Below the pieces are notes generated by a model. It was not told the origin of the DNA. It was given only the letters and a program-made list of their open reading frames with translations, and did not search any database. Shown here piece after piece: positions 8,853-19,001 of a stretch of DNA of 45,776 nucleotides. Position 1 is the first letter of the stretch, and the number at the start of each line of letters is the position of its first letter. The position numbers and the translations under genes are program-made. Source of the stretch: Betaproteobacteria bacterium (lineage in GTDB: Bacteria > Pseudomonadota > Gammaproteobacteria > Burkholderiales > Thiobacillaceae); assembly GCA_007280375.1 (NCBI GenBank), contig QYQG01000021.1, forward strand, positions 1-45,776, read 5' to 3'.

Positions 8853-9908
8853 TCAATCTGCTCGCTCGTGCCCCAGCCACTCGCGCCAGATCGCCACCGA
8901 CACCGCCAGCAACACCGGCCCCAGAAATAGGCCGATCAGACCGAACGCATTGACACCGCCCAGCACACCGAGGAACACCAGCAAAAATGGAATCCGCGTC
9001 GGCCCGCTGATGACCAGCGGGCGAATCAGGTTATCGACCCAGCTCACCACCAGCGCACCCCAAAGGAACAGCCCCAACGCGGCCTGGGTGTCGCCCTGTG
9101 CCAGCAAGCTCAGCGACAGCCCAATCCACACCACTGGGCCGACGAAAGGGATCAGCGAAACCAAGGCGGTAATCACCCCCCACAGTGCCGGCGCTTCGAT
9201 CCCCGCCACCCAGTAACCCAGCCCGGCGAGTCCGCCCTGCCCCAAAGCGGTCAACACAATGCCGAATACCACCGCGCGCACCGTCACGCCAACCGAGTGG
9301 ATGTAGCTGTGCGCCACATCGCCCAGCCAGCGCGCGGCGACACCGCGAAACTGCGCCAGAATGTCGTCGCCGTGGCGGTATAAAAAGAATAGCGTAAACA
9401 CCGCCAGACCGAATTTCGCCACATTGCGGCCGACCCCGCCCGCCAGCATTTTCAGTGCGCTGCCATCGGCCAGACCCAGCGTGGCCAGTTGCGTGCGCAC
9501 CCATTCCGGATCGCCCTGCACCCGCTGATACTGTGCGGCCAGCCATTCGCCGCCCGGCAAGGCGTGCATGTTTGCGGGTAAGGGTGGCAAGCCTTCGGTC
9601 GCCAAGCGATTGATGATCGCCGACACTGAAGCGGTGTCGCCGACGACGGTAAACATCACCCATATCAGCGGCAACAGCAAGGTCGCCGCAACCCCCAGCG
9701 TCATCAACAGCGCCGCCAGCGTGTCGCGCCCGGCCAGCCTTTTACGCAGCCGGTGGTGCAGCGGCCAGGTCACATAAGCCAGAATGCCCGCCCACGCCAG
9801 CGCGGCAAAAAATGGCGACAACACCCACAACGTCAAACCGATGATGAGAACGAGAAAGGCAAACGCCGCGATACGGCGCACGATAGGAGAGTCGATATTG
9901 ATAGGCAT
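8853..9908 (-). CDS. AI-2E family (PerM/UPF0118) transporter
   Basis: 351-aa polytopic membrane protein with typical AI-2E family sequence character. Confidence 0.75.
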   Translation of the reverse strand: MPINIDSPIVRRIAAFAFLVLIIGLTLWVLSPFFAALAWAGILAYVTWPLHHRLRKRLAGRDTLAALLMTLGVAATLLLPLIWVMFTVVGDTASVSAIINRLATEGLPPLPANMHALPGGEWLAAQYQRVQGDPEWVRTQLATLGLADGSALKMLAGGVGRNVAKFGLAVFTLFFLYRHGDDILAQFRGVAARWLGDVAHSYIHSVGVTVRAVVFGIVLTALGQGGLAGLGYWVAGIEAPALWGVITALVSLIPFVGPVVWIGLSLSLLAQGDTQAALGLFLWGALVVSWVDNLIRPLVISGPTRIPFLLVFLGVLGGVNAFGLIGLFLGPVLLAVSVAIWREWLGHERAD

Positions 9909-9917
9909 GGGGCGAGT

Positions 9918-11573
9918 TTACCGGTTGTCTGCCGCCGCCTGCAATGCACGGCGAGTCGCGGCGAAGACATCGGCCGCTGCGATGAACACCCGCTCGGCAC
10001 CGCAGATTTCGACGGTGCCGGTTTTCACCAGTTGGGCATACAGCGGCGCGCTCACCTCGGCCAGCATCAGGGTCGCGCCGCCACGCCGGAGTGTGTGCGC
10101 GTATTGCTCGATTACCGTCACCAGGGTGCTGCCCGCGCGCTGCACGCCGCGCAGGCGCAGGATGACGCAGGCACCGGGTGCCGGGTCAGGCAATTTATTC
10201 TCCAGCGTGGCGGCGGCGGCGAAGTGCAAGCTGCCATACGCCGCCAGCACCACGGTCTGCCCCGGTTGCAGCTGCGCCGGCGCCGGGTGTTCGGCGAACG
10301 AGCCGTTGGCAAGCGGCGTCATGCCGACCGTGCGCACGTCCACCGACGAGGCGTACAGATAATGCAGCATCGACAGCGCCACCCCCATGAACACCGCTTG
10401 CTGCACCGGCAGCAGCAGCGTGGCGATAAACGTCGCCAGCAGGATGACGCGCGGTTCCCAGCCGGAATGCCAGACATCGCCGATGCGCGCTGGCTTGATC
10501 GCCTCGATCCCGGCCATCACCAGCAAGGCGGCAATCGCGGGCATGGCGAGATAGCCGACCCCGTCCGCCAGCAGCAACACCGCCAGGATGATGAAGCCGC
10601 CTGAAAAAATACCAGCCCAGCGCGAACGCGCGCCGGCCTTCAGGCTGACCGCGGTTTCCGACATCGCGCCGCCGATCGGCATCCCCTGAAACAGACCGGA
10701 CGCAATATTGGCCACGCCCTTGGCGGAAAAATCGCGCGAGATATTGGGATAGCCGCCGTCGGGATTGGGAATGGTCTTGCTCACGCCCGCCCCCTGCACC
10801 AGGCCGATGATCGCCAGCGCGGCGGCGGCCGGAAACACCGCCGCCACCAAGCTCCACTGCGGCAACACCAGCACGGGGAAGCCGCCGGGAATCAGGGCGG
10901 TGTCGTTCAGCGTGGCCACGCTGTCGAGTCCGGCCAGCGCCACGCCGAGCGTCGCCACGACCAAGGCGATGGCCATCGCCAACTGCGCCGCGCGGGTGCG
11001 GTTGAGCAGCACGATCAGCGCCAGCGTGCCCAGTCCGATGGCGCTGCTCCAGGGATCGGAGCGGTGCAGGTGGCCGATCCAGTCAAGCGTGCGCAGGACG
11101 GCGTTGCTGCCTTGCGCGTGATAGCCGTTCAATTCGCCGAGCTGGCTCAGGATGATGCGCACCGCGATGCCGGTCATGAAACCGATCAGCACGGCATTCG
11201 CCACGAAACGCACCAGGCCGCCCAGGCGCAGCAGCCCCAGGCCAAGCTGGATGAGGCCGACCAGCAGCACCAGCACGATCAGCGCCTGCACCTTGGTCTC
11301 GCCGCCAAATTCGCCCAGCGCGCTGCCGGTGGCCACCGCCAGCGCGCCCGTGTTGGCCACAACCATGAAGTGCGAGCTCGCCAGCATGGCCGCAATCGGC
11401 GTGCCGATCATCAGCGCGTAGAGACCGTGAATCGGGTTGAGTCCGGCCAGTATGGCCGAGGCGATGCCGTCGGGAATCGCGACCAGCGCGGTGGTCAGCC
11501 CGGCCGACAGGTCGGCCTTGAGTGTTTGGGGAAACCAGCGCCGCAGGCGATTTGGCAGCGTAGGTTCAGGCAT
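9918..11573 (-). CDS. SulP-family anion transporter with C-terminal STAS domain (copy 1)
   Basis: 551 aa. The N-terminus carries ...LKADLSAGLTTALVAIPDGIASA, and a C-terminal STAS-like segment is present. Confidence 0.88.
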   Translation of the reverse strand: MPEPTLPNRLRRWFPQTLKADLSAGLTTALVAIPDGIASAILAGLNPIHGLYALMIGTPIAAMLASSHFMVVANTGALAVATGSALGEFGGETKVQALIVLVLLVGLIQLGLGLLRLGGLVRFVANAVLIGFMTGIAVRIILSQLGELNGYHAQGSNAVLRTLDWIGHLHRSDPWSSAIGLGTLALIVLLNRTRAAQLAMAIALVVATLGVALAGLDSVATLNDTALIPGGFPVLVLPQWSLVAAVFPAAAALAIIGLVQGAGVSKTIPNPDGGYPNISRDFSAKGVANIASGLFQGMPIGGAMSETAVSLKAGARSRWAGIFSGGFIILAVLLLADGVGYLAMPAIAALLVMAGIEAIKPARIGDVWHSGWEPRVILLATFIATLLLPVQQAVFMGVALSMLHYLYASSVDVRTVGMTPLANGSFAEHPAPAQLQPGQTVVLAAYGSLHFAAAATLENKLPDPAPGACVILRLRGVQRAGSTLVTVIEQYAHTLRRGGATLMLAEVSAPLYAQLVKTGTVEICGAERVFIAAADVFAATRRALQAAADNR

Positions 11574-11584
11574 GGGTTATCGCT

Positions 11585-13258
11585 TTAATCCGTGACCGCG
11601 CCCAGGCTTGCCGACGACACCAGCTTGGCGTATTTCGCCAATACGCCGCGCGTGTAACGCGGCGCGGGCGCTTGCCAGGCTTTGCGGCGGCGCGCGAGTT
11701 CTTCGTCGGGCACATTGAGCTGGAGCAGGCGCGCATCGGCATCAATGGTGATGGAGTCGCCTTCTTGCACCAACGCGATATTTCCACCCACCGCAGCTTC
11801 GGGCGCGACGTGGCCTACCACCATGCCGTAGGTGCCGCCGGAAAATCTGCCGTCAGTGATAAGACCCACGGAATCGCCCAGGCCCGCGCCGACCAGGGTG
11901 GAGGTGGGCGACAACATCTCGCGCATACCGGGCCCGCCCTTGGGGCCTTCGTAGCGGATGACCACGATATCGCCGGGCTTGATTTTCTGCGCCAGGATGG
12001 CTTCCATGCAAGACTCCTCGGACTCAAACACGCGCGCCGGGCCGGTGATTTTGACCAGCTTGAAGCCGGTTATTTTCGCCACCGATCCTTCCGGCGAAAG
12101 ATTGCCCTTGAGGATGGCGAGGTGTCCTTGCGCAACCATGGGATTTTTCCATGGGCGGATCACATCCTGATCCTGGCGCGGCTGCTCCGGTAACTCTTTC
12201 AACACTTCTGCGACGGTCTGGCCGCTGATGGTGAGCGCGTCGCCGTGCAACACGCCATTGGCGAGCAATATTTTCATGACCTGCGGAATACCGCCCGCCC
12301 GATGCAGATCGGTGGCGACATAACGCCCCGACGGTTTGATGTCGCACAGCACCGGCACGCGCCCGCGAATCGTCTCGAAGTCATCAATCGTGAGCGGCAC
12401 TTTCATGGCGTGCGCGATGGCGAGCAGATGCAACACCGCGTTGGTGGAGCCGCCTACCGCCATGGCCACTGCAATCGCGTTTTCAAACGCCTTGCGCGTC
12501 AATATCTGCTGCGGCAGGATTTGTTTTTTAATCGCATTCACTAACACTTCCGCCGATTGTTCCGCACTCACGGCCTTTTCTTCATCCTCGTTCGCCATGG
12601 TCGAGGAATATGGCAAGCTCATGCCCATCGCCTCGAAGATCGAAGACATGGTGTTGGCGGTAAACATGCCGCCGCACGAACCCGCGCCCGGACAGGCGCG
12701 GCGCTCGATTTCCAGCAGATCGTGTGCGTCAATTTTATGCGCGGTGTATTCACCGACCGCCTCGAACGCGCTCACGATGGTGAGGTCGCGGCCTTGGTAA
12801 TGGCCCGGCTTGATAGTGCCGCCATACACAAATATCGCCGGAATGTTCATGCGCGCGATCGCGATCATCGCGCCCGGCATATTCTTGTCGCAGCCGCCGA
12901 GCGCGAGCACCCCGTCCATACTCTGACCGCTGCACACGGTTTCGATGGAGTCAGCGATGACCTCGCGTGACACCAGCGAATATTTCATGCCCTCGGTGCC
13001 CATCGAAATGCCATCCGAGATGGTGATGGTGCCGAACATCTGCGGCATCGCACCGGCTTTTTTCAACGCGGCTTCAGCCCGCGCAGCCAGCCCGCCGATG
13101 CCCATATTGCACGGCGTAACGGTGCTGTGCGCGTTCGCCACGCCGACGATGGGCTTGTCAAAATCCCCGTCGCCGAAGCCCACCGCACGCAGCAGGGCAC
13201 GGTTGGGCGAGCGCTGCACGCCCTGGGTGACGGTTTTGCTTTTACGGTTGTCAGACAT
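11585..13258 (-). CDS. ilvD: Dihydroxy-acid dehydratase IlvD
   Basis: 557 aa with classic IlvD motifs ([22 protein letters not shown]). Confidence 0.95.
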   Translation of the reverse strand: MSDNRKSKTVTQGVQRSPNRALLRAVGFGDGDFDKPIVGVANAHSTVTPCNMGIGGLAARAEAALKKAGAMPQMFGTITISDGISMGTEGMKYSLVSREVIADSIETVCSGQSMDGVLALGGCDKNMPGAMIAIARMNIPAIFVYGGTIKPGHYQGRDLTIVSAFEAVGEYTAHKIDAHDLLEIERRACPGAGSCGGMFTANTMSSIFEAMGMSLPYSSTMANEDEEKAVSAEQSAEVLVNAIKKQILPQQILTRKAFENAIAVAMAVGGSTNAVLHLLAIAHAMKVPLTIDDFETIRGRVPVLCDIKPSGRYVATDLHRAGGIPQVMKILLANGVLHGDALTISGQTVAEVLKELPEQPRQDQDVIRPWKNPMVAQGHLAILKGNLSPEGSVAKITGFKLVKITGPARVFESEESCMEAILAQKIKPGDIVVIRYEGPKGGPGMREMLSPTSTLVGAGLGDSVGLITDGRFSGGTYGMVVGHVAPEAAVGGNIALVQEGDSITIDADARLLQLNVPDEELARRRKAWQAPAPRYTRGVLAKYAKLVSSASLGAVTD

Positions 13259-13344
13259 GATTTATCTCCTGATGTGAGCCGTGCCCAAAGCGCGGTGGCC
13301 GGGGACATGGGGTGTGGAATCTTGCAAACGAATACCGTACGAGT

Positions 13345-14379
13345 TCATTCCGCCAGCCTCCACGCAATCGTTTCTCCGGCGCGCAGCGGCACGCCCGTTT
13401 CCTTTCCGAAACGCATCTCCTCGGGCACCGTCCAGCAGCGCTTTTCCAGAGTGAGGGTGTCGCGGTTGCGCGGCAGCCGATAGAAATCCGCGCCGTGGAA
13501 ACTGGCGAACGCCTCCAGCCGGTCAAGCGCACCGGCCTGCTCGAAGACCTCGGCATAGAGTTCGATCGCGGCATGCGCGGTGTATATCCCGGCGCAGCCG
13601 CAAGCGGACTCCTTGGCGTGGCGTGAATGCGGCGCGCTATCAGTGCCGAGGAAAAACTTCGGGTTGCCGCCGGTGGCGGCGGCGACCAGCGCTACGCGAT
13701 GCGTCTCGCGCTTCAGCAGCGGCAGGCAGTAATGGTGCGGCCGCAAGCCCCGCTCAAACATCGCATTGCGATTGAGCAGCAGGTGGTGCGCGGTGACCGT
13801 CGCAGCCACATTGGCCGGCGCCGCGCTGACGAATTCGACCGCAGCACGGGTGGTGATGTGCTCCAGCACCATGCGCAGAGCGGGGAATGCGCGCACCAGC
13901 GGCGTTAGATGGCGCTCAATGAATACCGCCTCGCGATCAAAAGCGTCCACGTCCGGGCCGGTCACCTCGCCGTGCATGAGCAGCGGCAGGTCGTGCCGCT
14001 CCATCGCGGCGAACAGCGGGTAGCAACGCTGGATATCGGTCACGCCAAACTCGGAGTTGGTGGTCCCGTGCGCCGGGTAATACTTGACCGCGTGCACGGC
14101 GCTGCTTGCCTTGGCCCGCGCGATCTCCTCGGGCGGCATGGTCTCGGTGAGGTGGAGCGTCATCAGCGGCTCGAATGACATACTCGCCGGCAATGCCGCC
14201 AGGATGCGTTCGCGGTAAGCCAGCGCCTGCTGCGTCGTGGTCACCGGCGGTTTGAGATTGGGCATGACGATGGCGCGCGCGAAGCGCCGCGCCGTGGCGG
14301 GGAGCACCGCAGCCATCATGTCACCATCGCGCAGGTGAAGATGCCAGTCATCGGGGCGGGTGAGGGTCAAGTGCGTCAT
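13345..14379 (-). CDS. pyrC: Dihydroorotase PyrC (E. coli type)
   Basis: The ORF track extends to 14688. Homology starts at MTHLTLTRPDDWHLHLRDGDMM (ATG 14379), matching E. coli PyrC ...RRPDDWHLHLRDGDML. Confidence 0.9.
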   Translation of the reverse strand: MTHLTLTRPDDWHLHLRDGDMMAAVLPATARRFARAIVMPNLKPPVTTTQQALAYRERILAALPASMSFEPLMTLHLTETMPPEEIARAKASSAVHAVKYYPAHGTTNSEFGVTDIQRCYPLFAAMERHDLPLLMHGEVTGPDVDAFDREAVFIERHLTPLVRAFPALRMVLEHITTRAAVEFVSAAPANVAATVTAHHLLLNRNAMFERGLRPHHYCLPLLKRETHRVALVAAATGGNPKFFLGTDSAPHSRHAKESACGCAGIYTAHAAIELYAEVFEQAGALDRLEAFASFHGADFYRLPRNRDTLTLEKRCWTVPEEMRFGKETGVPLRAGETIAWRLAE

Positions 14380-14671
14380 GATTATAGGTAGCGTCAGGGG
14401 TTGCAGTAGTCGCAGCGGCTCGGGTCGGCATACTGCCGGTCGTGGCACTCGCGGGTGATTCGATGTGCGCGCTGGAGGCCGCTCGGCGCGGGTCTCGCGC
14501 GTGGGTGCGCCGCAATCCGCGCACGGCAGCCCGGCCACGCGCTCGACCCGGCAGCCCAGCGCGGGGCATCCAGCACCGAGGCGATCACGCCTTCCTGACC
14601 ATACTGGGTGAGCAGCGGCAGATATTGCGACTGCATCTGTTTGGCGGGGGGGGGGTCTTTCTACATCGCGT

Positions 14672-15382
14672 TCAGGTTTGCTGTTCATGGTGGCCTTTCA
14701 TGGCTTCGGTAAGTTTCAGTCCGGCGAGTTGCTTGATCGAACCCGCCAAGTAATACAGCACCGCGCCCATAATCAACATCGACGGCAGCGCGATCATGGG
14801 ATAACTCAATAGCGTCAACCGCCCCAGCTCTTCATTAAAAGCGGCTGAGCCGGAGGGGCTGGTGACGATCCAGGTAGCGAGAAAGTAGTTCATGACGGCG
14901 GAGAAAAAGAATGAGCCTGCCAGCATCCAAGTGGCGATGCGCAGACGCGATTCGAAATCGGCGTGATTGCCGCGTTCAGTCAGATTACTTTGGATGCGTT
15001 CGACATCCATCAGCGCCGGGGTGTAGAGCAGCACCCGCACCAGCGGATAACGGGTGTAAGCGGAAATGGTCACAGCGAATCCCAGCAAGCCGGGAATGGC
15101 CGCTTCCTTGACCGCCAGCCACTGGGTATCTAGTTGCAACAAGCCGATGCCACCGGTGAGTAACAGGCTGACCACGCCCAGCGCGGCGAACAGGTTGAGC
15201 TTGCGTTCGCGCAGCAAGCCGCGCACCCCCCAAGCCAGCGGAAACGCCAGCGCCAGCAGCAGCGCGTTCACCGCGCCTAGGTCTTCTGGATCACTCAACT
15301 TCATCAGGATGAGCGACGGAATAATCAGCGTGATCGTCAGCTCGATCAGCGGATTGGATGGGGTCGTAGTCGTGGCAGTCAT
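14672..15382 (-). CDS. Hypothetical polytopic inner-membrane protein
   Basis: 236 aa with several hydrophobic helices. I did not recognise a family with confidence. Confidence 0.6.
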   Translation of the reverse strand: MTATTTTPSNPLIELTITLIIPSLILMKLSDPEDLGAVNALLLALAFPLAWGVRGLLRERKLNLFAALGVVSLLLTGGIGLLQLDTQWLAVKEAAIPGLLGFAVTISAYTRYPLVRVLLYTPALMDVERIQSNLTERGNHADFESRLRIATWMLAGSFFFSAVMNYFLATWIVTSPSGSAAFNEELGRLTLLSYPMIALPSMLIMGAVLYYLAGSIKQLAGLKLTEAMKGHHEQQT

Positions 15383-15402
15383 GGATTCTGTTCCTGCGGG
15401 CT

Positions 15403-15810
15403 TCAGATTTTTGTCACGGGCAGCTTCTCGCCAATCCAGCCGGTAATGCCATCACGCACATTGTAGACCTGGGTGTAACCGTGTTTTGCCATCAATTCGC
15501 GTGCCAGTTTGTCGGTGCGGTTGCCGGTGCGGCAGATCAGGATGAGCGGGGCGTTCTTGCCCACTTCAGCGGTCAAACGCGGCATGAATTCCGGGCTTGG
15601 CTGCCCGCTCTTGTCCACCCAAGTCAACTTGCGGCTACCTTCCACGATGCCGGTCTGCCGCCATTCTTCCGCACGACGCACATCGTAGATCGGCACGCCT
15701 TGGGCGATCAGGGTTTTCAGTTGCGCGTTATCGATATTGGTGTAGGGCGGCTTGGCGCAAGCACCGAGGGCGAGCAATACTGTCAGGGCGGCAAATAAAC
15801 GAGGCCACAT
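15403..15810 (-). CDS. Rhodanese-domain protein, probable lipoprotein
   Basis: I place the start at ATG 15810 (MWPRLFAALTVLLALGAC), with GGAGAG SD inside the terC 3' end. It has a lipobox-like LGAC and a rhodanese active-site loop ICRTGNRT. Confidence 0.8.
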   Translation of the reverse strand: MWPRLFAALTVLLALGACAKPPYTNIDNAQLKTLIAQGVPIYDVRRAEEWRQTGIVEGSRKLTWVDKSGQPSPEFMPRLTAEVGKNAPLILICRTGNRTDKLARELMAKHGYTQVYNVRDGITGWIGEKLPVTKI

Positions 15811-15811
15811 T

Positions 15812-16786
15812 TCAACTCTCCTTTTTACGAGTAGCAATCAAGCTGGCGACAACACTTGACCCAATCAGCGTCGCCACGACAGCGAGCGAAACCTGCACCG
15901 GGATGTGAACCCACGGCAAGATGAGCATTTTGGTGCCGATGAAGGTGAGCACCATGGCCAGGCCATATTTCAGCAGATGAAAACGATCCGCCACGTCGGC
16001 CAGCAGGAAGTACAGTGCGCGCAAGCCCATGATGGCGAAGATGTTGGAAGTAAAGACGATGAAGGGGGCAGTGGTAATCGCGAAAATAGCCGGAATGGAA
16101 TCCACTGCGAATACCAGGTCGGTGACTTCGATCAGGATCAGCACCAGAAACAGCGGGGTGAAATAGCGCACGCCGTCCTGCATCACGCTGAATTTTTCGC
16201 CGTGATCGCCGTCGGAAATACGCAGATGTTTGCGGGCGAATTTCAGCACCGGGTTCTTTTCCAGATCGGGCGTTTTTTCTGCCATCACCAGCATGCGTAT
16301 CCCGGTGACAACCAGGAAAGCGCCGAAGAAATACAGCACCCAGTTGAATTCGCGCACTACCCAGGCGCCCGCCAGAATCATGATGGCGCGTAGCACAATC
16401 GCGCCCAGCACGCCGTAGATCAACACCCGGCGCTGGAATTCCGGCTTGACGTGGAAGGCGGCGAAAATCAGCAGAAAGACGAACACGTTATCCACCGACA
16501 ACGATTTTTCGATCAAATAGCCGGTGAAGAATTCCAGTGCCTTCTTGTCGGCGACTTCCGCGCCGACCGTGCCGTTCAGATACCACCACAAGCCAGCGTT
16601 GAAAATAAGCGCCATCGAAAACCATGCCAGCGACCACAGCGCGGCTTCCTTGACGCTGACCTTGTGTGCCTTTTTACCGCCGAACACGAACAGGTCGAGC
16701 ACCAGCATGACCAGCACAAAGGCGATGAAAGCGCCCCACATCCAGGGTTCGCCGATTGAGACTGCGTTATTCATAGTGGTTTCCAA
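15812..16786 (-). CDS. terC: TerC/Alx-family integral membrane protein
   Basis: 324 aa with TerC-family sequence (...FTGYLIEKSLSVDNVFVF...). Confidence 0.88.
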   Translation of the reverse strand: METTMNNAVSIGEPWMWGAFIAFVLVMLVLDLFVFGGKKAHKVSVKEAALWSLAWFSMALIFNAGLWWYLNGTVGAEVADKKALEFFTGYLIEKSLSVDNVFVFLLIFAAFHVKPEFQRRVLIYGVLGAIVLRAIMILAGAWVVREFNWVLYFFGAFLVVTGIRMLVMAEKTPDLEKNPVLKFARKHLRISDGDHGEKFSVMQDGVRYFTPLFLVLILIEVTDLVFAVDSIPAIFAITTAPFIVFTSNIFAIMGLRALYFLLADVADRFHLLKYGLAMVLTFIGTKMLILPWVHIPVQVSLAVVATLIGSSVVASLIATRKKES

Positions 16787-16799
16787 TACTTCTTCAGGT

Positions 16800-17081
16800 T
16801 TATTCCAGAGCGGTCACGCGCGCCCGGCATTCGTTCATGACGGCAGGTGGGATCAGTCGCAGCGCCAGCCAGACCAAACCCGGCACGATGATGAGGTCGT
16901 CGAGCTGGCCGATGACCGGTAGAAAATCCGGGATCAGATCAAACGGTAGCAGCGCGTAACCTACCGCTGCACCCAATAACAAGCGTGCGGACAGCGGCGT
17001 GCGCGGATCGGCAAGTGCGCAGCGATACACCGCGAATTCGCGTTTGAAGACCTGTGCCAGCGCGGCCAGCTGGGTGCGCAT
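16800..17081 (-). CDS. DUF1232 (YkvA-family) membrane protein
   Basis: 93 aa with signature [22 protein letters not shown]. Its ATG abuts the htpX stop (TAAATG). Confidence 0.8.
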   Translation of the reverse strand: MRTQLAALAQVFKREFAVYRCALADPRTPLSARLLLGAAVGYALLPFDLIPDFLPVIGQLDDLIIVPGLVWLALRLIPPAVMNECRARVTALE

Positions 17082-17957
17082 TTATTGCACCGCGCGCAGT
17101 GCCGCGATCCGCTCTTCCAGCGGTGGGTGGGTCATGAACAGACGCTTGATGCCGGAAGCACCGCCACCGGCGATACCAAAGGCCGCCATCTTCTCGGGCA
17201 GCGGCGCGGGATGTAGGCTCGCCAAGCGCGCCAGCGCGCCGATCATGTTCTGCTTGCCGGCCAGACTGGCACCGCCCCTGTCGGCGCGGAATTCGCGCTT
17301 GCGCGAAAACCACATGACGATGATCGAGGCGAGTACGCCGAGCACCAGTTCGGCGATGATCATGGTGACGAAAAACGCCGGGCCGGTGCCGCGCTCGGTT
17401 TTGAACACAAGCTTGTCCACCATGTAACCGATGACGCGCGACAGGAACACGACAAAGGTGTTGACCACGCCCTGAATCAGCGCCAGCGTCACCATGTCGC
17501 CGTTGGCGATGTGGGCGATTTCATGGCCGATCACGGCCTCGGCTTCGCCTTTCGACATCTGCTGCAACAGGCCGGACGACACCGCGACCAGCGCGTTGTT
17601 CTTGTTCATGCCGGTGGCAAAGGCATTGGCTTCTGGCGTATCAAAAATCCCAACTTCCGGCATGCCGATTCCGGCGTCAGCCGCGTATTTTTTGACGGTA
17701 TCGACCAGCCAGGTTTCCTGCGAATTCGACGGCGTTTCGATCACCCGCACGCCCATGGATTTTTTCGCCATCCACTTGGAAATCGCCAGCGAAATCAGCG
17801 AGCCGCCAAAACCCATTACGGCTGCAAAAATCAGCAGCGAGCCGAGATTCAAGCCATTGGCGGTGAGGTAAGGCTCGACCCCGAGCAGACGCATGGTGAC
17901 GGACAGCACCAGCACGATGGCCATGTTGGTGGCAAGAAACAAGAAGATGCGTTTCAT
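17082..17957 (-). CDS. htpX: Membrane zinc protease HtpX
   Basis: 291 aa with the HEIAH zinc motif ([14 protein letters not shown]) and a typical HtpX N-terminus. Confidence 0.94.
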   Translation of the reverse strand: MKRIFLFLATNMAIVLVLSVTMRLLGVEPYLTANGLNLGSLLIFAAVMGFGGSLISLAISKWMAKKSMGVRVIETPSNSQETWLVDTVKKYAADAGIGMPEVGIFDTPEANAFATGMNKNNALVAVSSGLLQQMSKGEAEAVIGHEIAHIANGDMVTLALIQGVVNTFVVFLSRVIGYMVDKLVFKTERGTGPAFFVTMIIAELVLGVLASIIVMWFSRKREFRADRGGASLAGKQNMIGALARLASLHPAPLPEKMAAFGIAGGGASGIKRLFMTHPPLEERIAALRAVQ

Positions 17958-17983
17958 TTTAGGGCTCCTGAAAAAAGCGGGAA

Positions 17984-18520
17984 TCAGTGCTCGGCAGCGC
18001 TGTGCTTGCTGCCAGCGATGCGATCCATGAGTGCGAACAACACCCCTGATAGCACCAGGATGAAGTGTATGCCGACGACCCAGGCCAGTTCGTAATGGCC
18101 ATTGGGTGAAGCGATGATTTCTTTGATGTTGACGAAGTATTTCAGCAGTTCGATGCCGGAAATGGCCACGATCGAGCCGATCAGTTTGAGCTTGAGGTCG
18201 GAAAAACTCACATGCCCCATCCAGCTTGGACGGTCTTCATTGTCACCCGTGTCGATTTTGGAAACAAAGTTTTCATAGCCGGCAAAAATGATGATGATCA
18301 ACAGGTTGGCCACCAGCGTGATGTCCACCAATGACAATATTCCCAACAGGGCAGCGCCGCTGTCACCGGAAAATACGGTGGGAACCAGCGCGATAAACGC
18401 CTTGACGAATTTTACTAATAGCAAGGCGATGCCGCCGACCAGCCCCAGATAAAAAGGCACTAGTAGCCAGCGGCTGTTGAACATGAAATGTTCCAGGCCG
18501 TGCTCGATTTTTTTGTTCAT
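17984..18520 (-). CDS. yqhA: UPF0114 / YqhA-family membrane protein
   Basis: 178 aa. [15 protein letters not shown]... is typical of the YqhA family. It overlaps the upstream gene by 4 nt (ATGA). Confidence 0.8.
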   Translation of the reverse strand: MNKKIEHGLEHFMFNSRWLLVPFYLGLVGGIALLLVKFVKAFIALVPTVFSGDSGAALLGILSLVDITLVANLLIIIIFAGYENFVSKIDTGDNEDRPSWMGHVSFSDLKLKLIGSIVAISGIELLKYFVNIKEIIASPNGHYELAWVVGIHFILVLSGVLFALMDRIAGSKHSAAEH

Positions 18521-18888
18521 GTTGGGTTTCCTGATTGTGTAATGTGGTCTGCATTATCTACTTCTATGGCCAAGCCGGGGGCGAATTCCCGCCGCCGCGC
18601 CAAACTGCGTGCCAGGGCGCTGCCGGCGCGTTCGGTGGCACGATCGATGGCGACATAAAGATCCGCCTCGGTGTCCTCGATCACCACCTCCGGCGCAACT
18701 TTAAGCCGCAGCTCGATAAGGCAGCGCTTGTCGACACCGCCGCGCGGCCCGTTGATGTCGGCTAACCGCACGGTGACCCGAGTGATGGTTTCGCTGCCGT
18801 GGTGCAGCCTATAAGACAAGCGCCTCATGACATAGTCGCGCAGGTCGTCCGTGAGCGTGAACCCCTGACTCTGAATCTGCATCTGCAT
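18517..18888 (-). CDS. HPF/RaiA-family ribosome-associated (hibernation) protein-like
   Basis: 123 aa. MQMQIQSQGFTLTDDLRDYV... matches the HPF/RaiA family start. AAGGGA lies 7 nt upstream of ATG 18888. Confidence 0.7.
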   Translation of the reverse strand: MQMQIQSQGFTLTDDLRDYVMRRLSYRLHHGSETITRVTVRLADINGPRGGVDKRCLIELRLKVAPEVVIEDTEADLYVAIDRATERAGSALARSLARRREFAPGLAIEVDNADHITQSGNPT

Positions 18889-18933
18889 GGCCGTTTCCCT
18901 TTAATGACTGAACACGGATGAATCTTAGCTGAT

Positions 18934-18962
18934 TTGTAGATAATGAAAATTCGAATTATAAT
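18934..18962 (+). promoter_or_regulatory. Candidate sigma70 promoter for the NhaR-type regulator gene
   Basis: TTGTAG (18934-18939), a 17-nt spacer, then perfect TATAAT (18957-18962), about 40 nt before ATG 19002. The 10-bp palindrome AATTCGAATT (18948-18957) overlaps the spacer. Confidence 0.3.
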
Positions 18963-19001
18963 GATTATTAGTTCGTGTTTATCGAGCATTTAAGGGGCGC
19001 C

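Noticed and set aside
7136-14379. purK/purE (bicarbonate/CO2-using), ilvD and pyrC as possible functional members of the carbon-concentrating cluster
   Set aside because: These are ordinary housekeeping biosynthetic genes with no operon linkage to the CCM genes. Their proximity is most simply coincidental.
14380-14688. 103-codon N-terminal extension of pyrC given by the ORF track
   Set aside because: Homology to PyrC begins at MTHLTLTRPDDWHLH (ATG 14379). The upstream part is Pro/Arg-rich filler in a region where all frames are open.
16787-16799. Looked for a yybP-ykoY (Mn2+) riboswitch upstream of the TerC/Alx-family gene
   Set aside because: Only 13 nt separate terC from the preceding DUF1232 gene, so there is no room for a riboswitch. 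terC is an internal cistron of the HPF-yqhA-htpX operon.
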